The notes under the pieces: model-generated
Told to the model about the DNA's origin: nothing
What the model saw: only the letters and a program-made list of their open reading frames with translations
Database searches by the model: none
NCBI GenBank assembly: GCA_024276825.1
Contig: JAJRWI010000015.1
Span: 1 to 64,000, forward strand
Direction of reading: 5' to 3'
DNA from: an archaeon
GTDB lineage: Archaea; Asgardarchaeota; Thorarchaeia; Thorarchaeales; Thorarchaeaceae
Length of the DNA: 64,000 nucleotides
In this document: piece after piece, positions 18,521 through 28,726 of the stretch
Numbering within the stretch: the stretch's first letter is position 1
Layout: every line of letters begins with the position of its first letter
Program-made: the position numbers and the translations under genes

Positions 18521-20409
18521 TAAAGGGCGTTGGCGGCACTATACTAAGGATTGATCTAGGCAAAGGAAAAATAGAGAAGCAACCAATTGATGAGGACCTG
18601 ATAAGGAGGTATCTACTAGGTGCGGGATACCTGTCAAAGGTCTTGTTTGATGAGATAGCGGTTGATACTGACCCATTGGGACCGGAGAATGTGCTTGGTT
18701 TTGCAACAGGTCTCCTCACAGCGTCCATGTTCCCACAGGCCTCCCGTCATGTGATAGCAGCACTATCACCTCTGACTGGAATCTGGGGAGAGAGTCATGC
18801 AGCTGGGTTCTGGGGTGCAGAGCTCAAGCTAGCAGGGTATGATGCCATAATCTTCAAGGGCAAGGCAAAGGGTCCGGTCTATCTGAATATAAAAGACAAT
18901 GAGGTGGATCTATTAGATGCATCGCCCATATGGGGCAGGGATGTCTTTGAGACTGATGATTATCTGAGAGAACATCATGGAAAGAAATGCAGAACACTCG
19001 CCATCGGGCAGGCTGGAGAGAACCTTGTGCGATTTGCAGCAATCATGAATGACAGGGACAGGGCGTCAGCAAGGTCGGGTCTTGGGGCGGTCATGGGTTC
19101 GAAGAACCTCAAGGCGATTTGTGTCAGGGGCACTGGAAAGATAGAGGTTGCAAGACCCAAGGAGTATCTTAAGCAGATGGACGAGTTCTACAAGAGAATG
19201 ATGGCGAACCCATTCACCGAGGGACGAATCAAATACGGGACGACCAGTCTTGTGGAGATGATGCAGCACATCGGCAGACTGCCATCATATAACATGAGAC
19301 AGGGAGTCTTTGAGGGATACCGTAGGATCAGTGGGGAGGTCATCACTGACAACTATCTTGTCAAGCCACGTTCGGATTGGTGTTGTCTTCAGAGATGTGG
19401 TAGGTTCACAACTGTAAGAAAGGGACCTTATGCTTACATTGGAGGGTCGCCAGAGTTTGAGAGCCAGTCCTCCTTTGGATCTCGCTGTGGTAATGATAAT
19501 GTCGAATCCGTGTTGTATGCACATCACCTATCAAATCAATATGGTATGGACACAATATCACTGGGCGCAACAATCTCATGGGCCATGGAAGCCTGGGATG
19601 AGGGGCTTCTGACTGCAGAAGACACAGGAGGACTTGACCTCTCTTGGGGCAACCATGAAGTGATTGTCAAGCTTGTCAAGATGATAGCATTTCGTGAGGG
19701 ATTTGGCGATGTCTTGGCAGAGGGTAGCAAACGCGCAGCTGAGATAATTGGAAGGGGCACTGATCGCTTTGTGATGGCGGTCAAGGGTCAGGAGATTGCG
19801 GGACAGGAACCTAGAGCCCAGAAGTCTATGGGTCTTGCAGCGGTCACTGCCGCCAGGGGAGCAGATCATCTGTATGCATTCCCAGTATTGGATGAGGTTG
19901 GGTTTGATAAGGAGATTAGAGAGAGATTTGGCGAGCAGTATTTGCCAGAGATCGCAGACAGACTGAATCCGAAGTACAAGGGCGTAATGGTGAAGGAATG
20001 CGAGGACTACATGGTCGTTGTGGAGAGTCTAGGTCTGTGCAAATATGGCACACAAATCCCTGCCGAGTTCTTCTATGATGATGTTGCACAGGCACTACTG
20101 ATTCATAATGGTCTTGAGTTCACCAGAGAGGAGTTGCAGACAATTGGAGAACGCATAGTGAATATCAATAGACTGTTCAACGTGGCACGCGGAATCACGC
20201 GCAAGGATGATCAACTCCCAGATCGACTGACCAAAGAACCCGCTCCTGTTGGACCCTCAAAAGGTCAAGTTGTTGAATTAGACCAGATGTTGAATGAATA
20301 TTATACAGAACGTGGATGGGATCTAGAAACTGGGATACCGTTGATGAAGACATTGAAACGACTTGGTCTGGAAAAAGAGGGAAAAGGTCTGGCCATTGAG
20401 AGTGAGTGA
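18517..20409 (+). CDS. Tungsten aldehyde:ferredoxin oxidoreductase family protein (second paralog)
   Basis: SPLTG, GAVMGSKNLKA, DWCCLQRC, EFES, GMDTIS. Confidence 0.92.
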   Translation: MIKGVGGTILRIDLGKGKIEKQPIDEDLIRRYLLGAGYLSKVLFDEIAVDTDPLGPENVLGFATGLLTASMFPQASRHVIAALSPLTGIWGESHAAGFWGAELKLAGYDAIIFKGKAKGPVYLNIKDNEVDLLDASPIWGRDVFETDDYLREHHGKKCRTLAIGQAGENLVRFAAIMNDRDRASARSGLGAVMGSKNLKAICVRGTGKIEVARPKEYLKQMDEFYKRMMANPFTEGRIKYGTTSLVEMMQHIGRLPSYNMRQGVFEGYRRISGEVITDNYLVKPRSDWCCLQRCGRFTTVRKGPYAYIGGSPEFESQSSFGSRCGNDNVESVLYAHHLSNQYGMDTISLGATISWAMEAWDEGLLTAEDTGGLDLSWGNHEVIVKLVKMIAFREGFGDVLAEGSKRAAEIIGRGTDRFVMAVKGQEIAGQEPRAQKSMGLAAVTAARGADHLYAFPVLDEVGFDKEIRERFGEQYLPEIADRLNPKYKGVMVKECEDYMVVVESLGLCKYGTQIPAEFFYDDVAQALLIHNGLEFTREELQTIGERIVNINRLFNVARGITRKDDQLPDRLTKEPAPVGPSKGQVVELDQMLNEYYTERGWDLETGIPLMKTLKRLGLEKEGKGLAIESE

Positions 20410-20417
20410 CCTCTACT

Positions 20418-20819
20418 CTACTCCCAATGGTCCATATCGGGTGTCTGGGCCTCCATTGGCTCAACACTAAAGTCCATGTTGTTCTTCTCACAAAAATTGA
20501 TGATACGATACATCAGCTTCGAGTCCATTTCATAGACCAATTCGCCAGTGGCTGCAGTGCAGCTCACCAGAATCACATTATCCTCTTCAGAGATGATCTC
20601 AACTGTGAACTCGCTACCAAGAACATCCTTTCCGAGGTTGAGGACTGCATTTCTGATCTCAGCTGCGCCAAGATATAATTGATGCCCAAATCTTGGTCTG
20701 AATCGGTAGATGCGTCTACTTCTTACCTCTGACATTCTCATCGCCTCAGTCACAACTGGCACAGACGTTAGTGATTGTGTCCTTAACGCCTTCCATTTTT
20801 CTGAGTTTCTCAAAGACAA
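20418..20819 (-). CDS. Hypothetical protein (true start probably near 20741)
   Basis: ORF directly downstream of the Lrp-domain gene; no motif recognised. Confidence 0.55.
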   Translation of the reverse strand: MSLRNSEKWKALRTQSLTSVPVVTEAMRMSEVRSRRIYRFRPRFGHQLYLGAAEIRNAVLNLGKDVLGSEFTVEIISEEDNVILVSCTAATGELVYEMDSKLMYRIINFCEKNNMDFSVEPMEAQTPDMDHWE

Positions 20820-20991
20820 ATGAACTCAGTGCTTCTGGAGTCTTAAACACACCCTTAATCAGAATGTCATATGCCCCGTAGATGAGAAAGGCCTCTTCAA
20901 CTTCATCCATCTCAAGGACACTGTCCAGGACTTGTCGGGCCTTTGCAGAGTCCACCTTTCCAATAATGAATGCCATTATCATGTCAGTCAT
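20746..20991 (-). CDS. Stand-alone Lrp/AsnC ligand-binding domain protein
   Basis: YGAYDILIK and EGVKDTIT motifs, about 80 aa. Confidence 0.88.
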   Translation of the reverse strand: MTDMIMAFIIGKVDSAKARQVLDSVLEMDEVEEAFLIYGAYDILIKGVFKTPEALSSFVFEKLRKMEGVKDTITNVCASCD

Positions 20992-21139
20992 ATCAAGTTG
21001 TCTCCAGCGCTGTAAATAGTAATGTTCAGATAACTGCCTATGAGTGTGGAGTAATAAACATGACGACTTTTAATGCAACGGTTCATGTTGATGACCCTAT
21101 TATTATCAGTCAAAAACGACGGTATGCATGCATAATGGG

Positions 21140-22450
21140 TCATTCGCTGCTCTCACACTTGAACTTGAGTATGAACACTGTTCCAGGCTTGGACTGTGAG
21201 TTGTTCCTGTTTCGAACGCTCAGTTGGATACCACACAGTGGTGCAAGTCCTTTGATAAGACCCAGTCCCAATCCCGAATTAGGTGGACCTATGTTTCCCT
21301 ACTCGCTGGAGTTTATGTATTGCAACTGTTGTTCATTCATACCGCCTGCACTGTCTTGAATTTGAAGAATACAAATGGAGGAGTCTACCGTCCTTGCAGT
21401 GATTTCTATATCTTGACTGCCATGCTTGAATGCATTGTCTATGATATTCCAGACTATCTCTTGAGCCAGTTGATTTGTCAATATTTGAATGTGTTCGATT
21501 CCCTCAACTCGAATCGCATCCTGACTAAGGACATACTCTTGCATGACACGATTCAGGACGCCTTTAATCAGATCTTCTAGGTCTATCCTGACCATTGGTA
21601 GTTTGAGAGAGGACAGTATTTGTTCAATCTCTCGCATGTCATCGATGAACTTACTAGACTGGTTGACTGCATCATTCGCTATTTGCAGCCAGTATTCATT
21701 ATCCTGAGGGTTATCACGTGCCAGCTGAATAGCATTACTAATTATCTGAATATAGTTGCGAATATCGTGTTGCACAACGCGAGTCATCAGTCGCGATATA
21801 TTATACTGTGATTGTATCTTCAAACCCATGTATCTAAACAAAAGGGCATATATCGATATACCAATTATCAGAATTCCTGTTGCGTGAAATACTATGAGGA
21901 TCAATATAATGTCGAAAAAGTGAACGAAGGGAGGGATAATGGAAGTGACCGCAACCAATAGCAGTCCAACGGTTAGTGTATATATGGAGGTTCTTTGCTT
22001 AATGGGTATTTTGGACAATTCATTGGCAGAAAGGTAGCAAGCAATAGGCATTTCAAAAGACAGGGGGATATACATGGAAAGAAGAGGAAGTTGGAAAACC
22101 AGACAAAACAATACCCAGGCAGACATGAGCACAAATGAGAGTATATAGTAATGATGCTTCAAGTTCTTGTTAACACTCTCATCGAGCTCAAAGGCCACCA
22201 TTGCAACTCCCAGTGCGGCCAATGGCATCAAAACAAGATCAATAGGAAGACCACCCTCCGCAGAATGTAGTGCAAATAGTGATGCATTTGCAATGTACAG
22301 GTTCCATCCGATTGACCATCGTCTGAATTTTGTGTCCACAGATAGGCGATAGAATGCAAGGCTGACCATTATCACGGTTGCTATTGCTGCCTCCATTATT
22401 ATGATGTTAATTACTTCCAATAATAGACTTTGCAGCAATAGTATCACCAA
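21140..22450 (-). pseudogene. Membrane sensor histidine kinase with an in-frame TAG inside the HATPase domain
   Basis: H-box HDIRN, N-box DNAFKH and DSAGG precede TAG at 21299-21301. The frame continues GNIGPPNSGLGLGLIK...GTVFILKF to TGA at 21140. Confidence 0.8.
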
Positions 22451-22646
22451 TGCCTTTCATTCTGGCTAAAGAAAGCCCTCATTCGAACTAAATATCGTAT
22501 TACAGACCATAGCAGATGCACTTATTGAGTGCTTCAGGTTGATTATATTTACTTTTCCATATTTTCTGAATTAGTCTGACAGGGGATATAATAACGGTAG
22601 TCTTCTCCACTGCTGATGGTTTCACCTCATCTATAATACTCAGGGT

Positions 22647-25550
22647 TCATTCAAGATATAGAGACACTCTACCAGGCAATGCGAACCTTGCCTTGTTCTG
22701 CGGGTCGTATTCAGGTCTAACAGCCTTGTGAATGATTGTTTTGGCACCAATCTCGGACTCTATGAAGGCTGATGAGTCCCTGAGAGTAGTGTATTCATCC
22801 TTTGCAGAGTATGAGTGATCCCAGAGCCCGTTTTCTTTTGCAATGCGATCAACAATCGACTTGACCTGCTTTCCATAGGCTCTGAATTTTGGGTCAGACA
22901 TCAAGTGTTTCATTATATTTCCAACAACCATCGGCATATTGGCCTCTCGGATGCTATTCATCGCATCGAACATCCATTGGGGGGCAACATAGACATGAAC
23001 CGTTGAAACCTGTTTGCCCTTCAAGAGTTTCATTATTTCTCTGATGTCGCTGATAGTTGAACTGACGACGGCAAAGGCATTCTCGATCTTTGGGTCAATC
23101 AACCTCTTGTCTGGTTTAGGCCAATGTGCAAGGGACACATAGCCCTCGCGTCGCATCTTTGACCACATCTCCTCGCAGGTGTGTGGTGCCATTGGTGCCA
23201 TCAGCCTGACCCAAATGTCGGACACATAGGCCATTGTGCCCTCGCGTTCTGCCTTGGGCACTTCAGGGTGCTTCAGATAGTGGTTGATTGCGCGGATCAT
23301 CTCGGATGTAGTATAGATTGCATAGTCCCTAATCTTGAATGACTCCATGAATTCGGTGCACAACTTCACAATAGAGTTCACCTTTGAGAGTATCCAGCGG
23401 GTGGCCAGTGTTGGTCCGTCCTTCTTCAGAAAAACACGAGGTTCCTTCCTTGCATATTTGGAAACAATATCCGTGAACTGACGTAGACGGGTTCTCACAG
23501 CTGGCACATCACGTTCGCGCCAGTCCATAATCGAGCCGGGTTCTGCTGCAGATATTGCGTAGATGCGATACACATCAGCACCGTATTTCTTTGGGATCTC
23601 CACAAGTGGAATGACATTACCCTTACTCTTGGACATCTTTGTGCCTTCAAGAATGAGATGTTCATTCAGACTAATGCACTTCAACCAGTGCTTCTCGGGG
23701 AATATCGCTACATGGTGAAAGATGGCAAAGCTGAGATGGTTTGATATATGAGATGGCGCAGTGTGTCTTTGATCATTGGGGTACCAGTATAGGAACTCTG
23801 CTCGCATCTTCTTCAGTAGTTCTGCATCAATGCCAGTCTTTTCAGAAACCTTCTTGGGAGTTCCCTTGCCCAGAAACACATGATCAAAGAACTCGAGGGT
23901 CAGCTGCTCGGGCTTTAGCTTGTTCCCATAGATAAAGTGTGCTATTGTATAATATGCCATATAGATTGTCGAGTCAGACAACGACTCGATAATCCACTCG
24001 GGGTCGAATGGCAGTCGAGTCCCGATGCCTCGCTTTCTTGCACAGGGGCGCTGAGTTAACCAGTCGAAGGTGGCCTCGAACAGGTTCCTGAAGGTCTCAG
24101 GTAGAATCTTCATCGAGTTCAATGCCTTCCAAGCGGTCTCTTTCCAGCCGGGGCTCAGATAGTCAAGGAACCATTGTCCTGCAAAGACGCCCACCTCAAC
24201 TTCAGTGCCACATTTACAGATAACAGGGCGGATGTCGGGTTCGTAGAACACATCACACTTGTTATTCTCTTTCATCCATGCAATCACATCATCCTTGACG
24301 TCTTTTATTGCACGACCAGAGAACTGCATACAATTGTCCTTCATGATTCCTGAATAGAACTCTGCCTTGTAGATCTCCTGCGTGGCGTCCTCCAGCTTTT
24401 CATCCTCGTTCTGCGATTTTATATCCCTACTCTCAACAGCGTCTTTGGCAGGAAACTCGCTGTATCCATCAATGTCAATCATGCTGATTATCTCGATGGA
24501 CCTCACTTCCTCAGGTGAGATGCCATATTGTTCAAGTCCAGAGGGGTCATCCCAAAGGTCTCTTAGGGCAATATAGTCGAAGGGGGCATGTCCCGGTACT
24601 GAGTACACAACACCCGTGGCATTGTCGGGGTCAACAAAGTCTGCAGGCAATATTAGAATCTCGTGGTCGTCATGAATTGCTCTGAATTTCTTGCCGATGA
24701 TCTTTGAGCCCGGAAACTTTTCAATTATCTCGACCTCTTTAGCCTGCAACTTCAATTTCTCAGCGGCCGACTTAGAGATCAACCACTTCTCACTGTTGAC
24801 TCGTGCCCAAACATAGATTGCTTTTGGGTCGATCCACATGTTGGTGACTCCAAAGATTGTTTCGGGTCTTAGAGTAGCAGCAACAAGATAGCCATCCTCA
24901 AAGCCCCACTTAATCGCAGTGAATTCCTTGATCTTGGCAGTCTCGCCGGCTAGGAGGTCATCCTCACCAACAGGGTTCTCGCACTTCGGGCAGTAAAGTA
25001 AGGGGTAATCGCCCTGTTTGATGTATCCCTTCTCCTTGAATTTTGAGTACTGCCACTCGATAAATTTTGAATACTCCTTGTCGCCAGTTGTGAACTTTCT
25101 CCGCCAATCAATACTGTATCCAAGGGCATCAAAGTCCTGTGAGATTACCTTTGCAAAGAAAGACGCTGTGACCCAAGGGTCTGTAAACTTGGCGAGCTGC
25201 GTGTTAACTTCTTCTTCGGTCTCAAAGTACAGACGGAGGTCTCTCTTATACTGTTCAATGGCAGTCTTGTCACCGGCCTTGATCCGCTCGACTATCCCTA
25301 GAATGGGCGTGCCGGTCATGTGTGAGGCCATGGGAAACAGGACATTATACCCCTGCATCCTCTTGTATCGTGCAATCAGGTCACCCATGGTATAAGTACG
25401 CCCATGTCCAATATGCAGGGCGCCATTGGTATATGGATAGGGGACTGTGAGAAAGAATTTCTTCTTCTTTGGTATTGGGTCTGCTTCAAAGACCTTATCG
25501 CGTTTCCAGCGTTTCTGCCATTTCTTCTCGATCTTTGCAAATTCGCTCAA
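22647..25550 (-). CDS. leuS: Leucine--tRNA ligase (archaeal/eukaryotic type)
   Basis: PYPYTNGALHIGH, ATLRPET, KMSKSKGN; TTG start with GAGG Shine-Dalgarno (SD). Confidence 0.96.
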   Translation of the reverse strand: MSEFAKIEKKWQKRWKRDKVFEADPIPKKKKFFLTVPYPYTNGALHIGHGRTYTMGDLIARYKRMQGYNVLFPMASHMTGTPILGIVERIKAGDKTAIEQYKRDLRLYFETEEEVNTQLAKFTDPWVTASFFAKVISQDFDALGYSIDWRRKFTTGDKEYSKFIEWQYSKFKEKGYIKQGDYPLLYCPKCENPVGEDDLLAGETAKIKEFTAIKWGFEDGYLVAATLRPETIFGVTNMWIDPKAIYVWARVNSEKWLISKSAAEKLKLQAKEVEIIEKFPGSKIIGKKFRAIHDDHEILILPADFVDPDNATGVVYSVPGHAPFDYIALRDLWDDPSGLEQYGISPEEVRSIEIISMIDIDGYSEFPAKDAVESRDIKSQNEDEKLEDATQEIYKAEFYSGIMKDNCMQFSGRAIKDVKDDVIAWMKENNKCDVFYEPDIRPVICKCGTEVEVGVFAGQWFLDYLSPGWKETAWKALNSMKILPETFRNLFEATFDWLTQRPCARKRGIGTRLPFDPEWIIESLSDSTIYMAYYTIAHFIYGNKLKPEQLTLEFFDHVFLGKGTPKKVSEKTGIDAELLKKMRAEFLYWYPNDQRHTAPSHISNHLSFAIFHHVAIFPEKHWLKCISLNEHLILEGTKMSKSKGNVIPLVEIPKKYGADVYRIYAISAAEPGSIMDWRERDVPAVRTRLRQFTDIVSKYARKEPRVFLKKDGPTLATRWILSKVNSIVKLCTEFMESFKIRDYAIYTTSEMIRAINHYLKHPEVPKAEREGTMAYVSDIWVRLMAPMAPHTCEEMWSKMRREGYVSLAHWPKPDKRLIDPKIENAFAVVSSTISDIREIMKLLKGKQVSTVHVYVAPQWMFDAMNSIREANMPMVVGNIMKHLMSDPKFRAYGKQVKSIVDRIAKENGLWDHSYSAKDEYTTLRDSSAFIESEIGAKTIIHKAVRPEYDPQNKARFALPGRVSLYLE

Positions 25551-25712
25551 TGACTAGGACCTCCTCTGTTGGTGTGTTGATGATATGCGAGCCAAAAAAC
25601 ATACTGTGTAATAGGATTCAAAGGTTGTGACTCTCTTAATGATTGAGAACGCAATCCATCCTGGCTCACTTGATTATTGACATTTACAAGGTATTCTTAT
25701 AGCTTTGGATTT

Positions 25713-25894
25713 CGCGTAGATGCGTAGAGCTTGGACAGAGTTGGACACCAATCAAAAGAACGTCTAAGTGATATGCTATAAAATTGTGAGGGGCTTAAGC
25801 AGTATCATGGTAAACAATGGTCTGAAATTTGTCCAGTGCTGTTCCTGGAAGGACAGGACTTTAATGTCCAACTTAGTCCAATTTACAATGAACG
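25713..25894 (+). mobile_element. ~182-bp dispersed element, copy 3 (best-preserved motifs)
   Basis: Left TTGGACagagTTGGAC and right GTCCAActtaGTCCAA; same invariant termini as the other copies. Intergenic. Confidence 0.8.
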
Positions 25895-26039
25895 ATTAAC
25901 TCACTTGATCACTAGATTTTCAAAAAGTGTCGTTGAAAAAACTATAACAAGAGTAGTATTGGGTATCTGGGTCAATTCGTCCATTGACTTTGCATTTACA
26001 GTCAATGACTGCATCATATTCACGAGTTGATCAGACACA

Positions 26040-26678
26040 ATGAACAACCAAAGCATCGAGTACAGAGACCTCCACAGTAACCTCATCTCGTTTCATGAGG
26101 CCATTGATTATCTGTCCATGATTGAGAGGAATGGTGACCTTCGCAGGTACTTCAAGGGTGCTAATGATGGAGGGCGATGGTTCTTTCAGATATTGAGTGT
26201 TGAGTTCGTTGAGCAGCTAGCAAGACTAATCAATGATGCTTGCCAGAATATCGAGCCCTTTCGACCTGTGCTTGAGATCATGAGTGGCGATGGGCAATTG
26301 GCGAAGTTTCTTGCCCCCCTTCTAAACAGGAATATCATTGCGACTGACGCCAAAGATGGGAGGTATGACATTGCATACCCAAAATGGGTTGAAACCATGG
26401 AGGCAATGGATGCAGTCAGGCGCTACGACCCTGCAATCACACTGGTCTCGTGGGAGCCATTCTTATCGATGACATGCATTGACCTGGTAGAGGCAAGAAG
26501 ACCTCTGGTCTGGATTGGACAGGAAGGGAAGTGTGGTCACCCAGACCTGTTTGAGTATGATCATATCAAGATAAACAGCAATTATGCTTTAGGCAAGTTC
26601 GACAATTTCACATTGAGGATGTTTCATACTGATGTTTACATCTTCAATGTCGATGGTGATCTTCAGATCTCTAGGTGA
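26040..26678 (+). CDS. Hypothetical protein, SAM-methyltransferase-like fold
   Basis: VLEIMSGDG motif-I-like sequence followed by IIATD. Confidence 0.55.
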   Translation: MNNQSIEYRDLHSNLISFHEAIDYLSMIERNGDLRRYFKGANDGGRWFFQILSVEFVEQLARLINDACQNIEPFRPVLEIMSGDGQLAKFLAPLLNRNIIATDAKDGRYDIAYPKWVETMEAMDAVRRYDPAITLVSWEPFLSMTCIDLVEARRPLVWIGQEGKCGHPDLFEYDHIKINSNYALGKFDNFTLRMFHTDVYIFNVDGDLQISR

Positions 26679-26744
26679 TGTGTTACAGCAATTCATAAGG
26701 ATTCTGAGCATGCTTATTATCAGAGTGGAAAGAAGGTCAGAGCG

Positions 26745-27677
26745 ATGGTCAAGGTTCAGATTGACACAGTCGAGATTGATCCCAAGACAGGAACAGCCCT
26801 TGGTTTTTATCAATATGGTGATAATAGGCCTAGTGCTCTCATTCTGTCTGCAATCAATGGATTGTCTGCGACCTGCACATATTCGAGCTATCTCCTCATG
26901 AAATTTCTAGAGAGTGAGAGTAGTGTGTATGGATCAGTCACTATTCTGCCAGTTGCGAATCCCTTGCCGTTTCGCCTTGGCGTAAAGATGTCACCTCTTG
27001 ACTCAAAGGACCTTGACTCGGTATTCCCTGGTGATGAGAGGGGATCGGTGACTGAGAGGGTTGCATGGGAGATCTGGAGAAGAACATCACAAGCGGACTA
27101 TGTCATTCTCCTGAGAAGCCGTGCCCCCTCATGCATCAGCCATGTATCAGCGCTTCATCGTGACTTCATCCATGTCCGAAACCTTGCCACTCAGATTGGG
27201 CTTCCTGTAGTGGTCCAGAATGATGGCAGTCGTGGGTCTCTTGTCATCGAGGCCTCCCATGAGGGCATCCCTGCGGTGTCAATTGAGATGCGTGGACAGC
27301 ATGAGGTAGACGCCCAGGCTGCAGTGGAAGTACGGGAGGCAATATTGAACTTTCTCAGAATTAAGGGGATAATTCCTGGCAAGTCAATTGAGACCTCAAC
27401 ATTACTCACGGGCAGGCTCAACCACATCAATGCTGAACATGAGGGGTTCTTTGTTCCAAACCTTCATCCTGGAGAAGAGATACACGAGAATAGCATCATT
27501 GGTCAAATAATGGATAACAAGGAAATACTATCACCATATGAGGGTATTCTAGTATCAATCAGCACAATGCGGTATGTTTTCGAGGGCGATATTATAGCAA
27601 ACATTGCACCGACATTATCTACTGCAAGTTCATCGGAGAGTGCTGAGATCAGACCGCAAAAACCCAGGAAGTGGTAA
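26745..27677 (+). CDS. Succinylglutamate desuccinylase/aspartoacylase (M14) family, degenerate Zn ligands
   Basis: ILPVANP, DLDSVFPG and IEM motifs; the expected HGxE and DLH appear as NGLS and LLR. Confidence 0.75.
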   Translation: MVKVQIDTVEIDPKTGTALGFYQYGDNRPSALILSAINGLSATCTYSSYLLMKFLESESSVYGSVTILPVANPLPFRLGVKMSPLDSKDLDSVFPGDERGSVTERVAWEIWRRTSQADYVILLRSRAPSCISHVSALHRDFIHVRNLATQIGLPVVVQNDGSRGSLVIEASHEGIPAVSIEMRGQHEVDAQAAVEVREAILNFLRIKGIIPGKSIETSTLLTGRLNHINAEHEGFFVPNLHPGEEIHENSIIGQIMDNKEILSPYEGILVSISTMRYVFEGDIIANIAPTLSTASSSESAEIRPQKPRKW

Positions 27678-28126
27678 TTAATATGGACGATGATCTTCAG
27701 ATCGAGCAGGTATTGAGCATTAATGTTGGAGACAGTCGAATCCGCGAGAAGGGGCAGCTACTTCTTATAGGTAGTTGCATGCCAGCTAGATTTCCTGAGA
27801 TTATCAAGGAGTTCATCACGCGTGATGGAGGGTATTTCCCACTTCATGTCTGCTTGGAAAAGGACCATGTGAATCAAGTAGGTTTCAAAATAGGCTCAAT
27901 CATCAGTTACACCAAACTAAAGAGGGTGGTAGTGCTTACAATTGATGGCAGCCCTCATTGTGTTCAACTACACTTTGTCCTTGAGGATGTCAAGAATCAC
28001 TTTATTCAAGACATCGAAGTAGAACACTATGTTGTGGAGAAGGGAAGCTTGTTCAAGATATCAGCATCAGCAGTAAAGATGGCAAGACATCTCTCCAAGA
28101 TTCAGTCAATTATGAACAAAGAATGA
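27671..28126 (+). CDS. Putative Fe-S/Cys-motif protein
   Basis: GSC...CLE...DGSPHC pattern. Confidence 0.55.
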   Translation: MVINMDDDLQIEQVLSINVGDSRIREKGQLLLIGSCMPARFPEIIKEFITRDGGYFPLHVCLEKDHVNQVGFKIGSIISYTKLKRVVVLTIDGSPHCVQLHFVLEDVKNHFIQDIEVEHYVVEKGSLFKISASAVKMARHLSKIQSIMNKE

Positions 28127-28138
28127 ATCACAAGACCA

Positions 28139-28726
28139 TTAATGACGAGCGATCTTGGGAAGGATGAAGCCTGCCTTGTTCATGTAGTTTCGATACTGAT
28201 TGCCGTAAAAGACAATCAGTTTTCGTTCCTCCAAAAATGCGCCTATTAAGGTGTATACTATCATGGATATTGAAAACACAATCACAGGCAAAAATGGATA
28301 GAGAAGAATAAGCGCAATCAGGCTCAGTATTGTTGCAAGATATAGTGGATGACGGATTCTTGAATAGATCCCATCCTTGATTAACTCAGGTTCGCGATCT
28401 GTTCGCATATCAGCAACTGTAGAAACCGAGATGACTTTAGAGGCGGCTGTTGCAATTGCCACTCCACTCAACAGGAAGGCAACACCCAGAATAAATAGGG
28501 GGATAATCACTAGCTGTGGTGTGAAAAGAAAATACAACCAGTCCCAGAAATTCATCGATAGGAATGCAATTAGAAATGTAATGATGGAAGTTATTGTAAA
28601 TATATGAGAGTATGTCTCTTTTCCCCACCTATCAATGATGTAGTTTTTCACTCTTAATGATGATATTCCGCTGTGTTGGACTCCAAAGAGTGTAGATGCA
28701 ATAACTATCGTCAAGGACTCCATCAT
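28139..28726 (-). CDS. Isoprenylcysteine carboxyl methyltransferase (ICMT/PEMT) family membrane protein
   Basis: LIKDGIYSRIRHPLY and EERKL...YG..Y..Y. Probable start is ATG 28726. Confidence 0.85.
   Translation of the reverse strand: MMESLTIVIASTLFGVQHSGISSLRVKNYIIDRWGKETYSHIFTITSIITFLIAFLSMNFWDWLYFLFTPQLVIIPLFILGVAFLLSGVAIATAASKVISVSTVADMRTDREPELIKDGIYSRIRHPLYLATILSLIALILLYPFLPVIVFSISMIVYTLIGAFLEERKLIVFYGNQYRNYMNKAGFILPKIARH

Noticed and set aside
3981-25894. The repeats as a CRISPR array or integron attC sites
   Set aside because: They are dispersed kilobases apart, 182 bp long, have no spacer structure and no RYYYAAC/GTTRRRY ends, and they cut genes rather than flank them.
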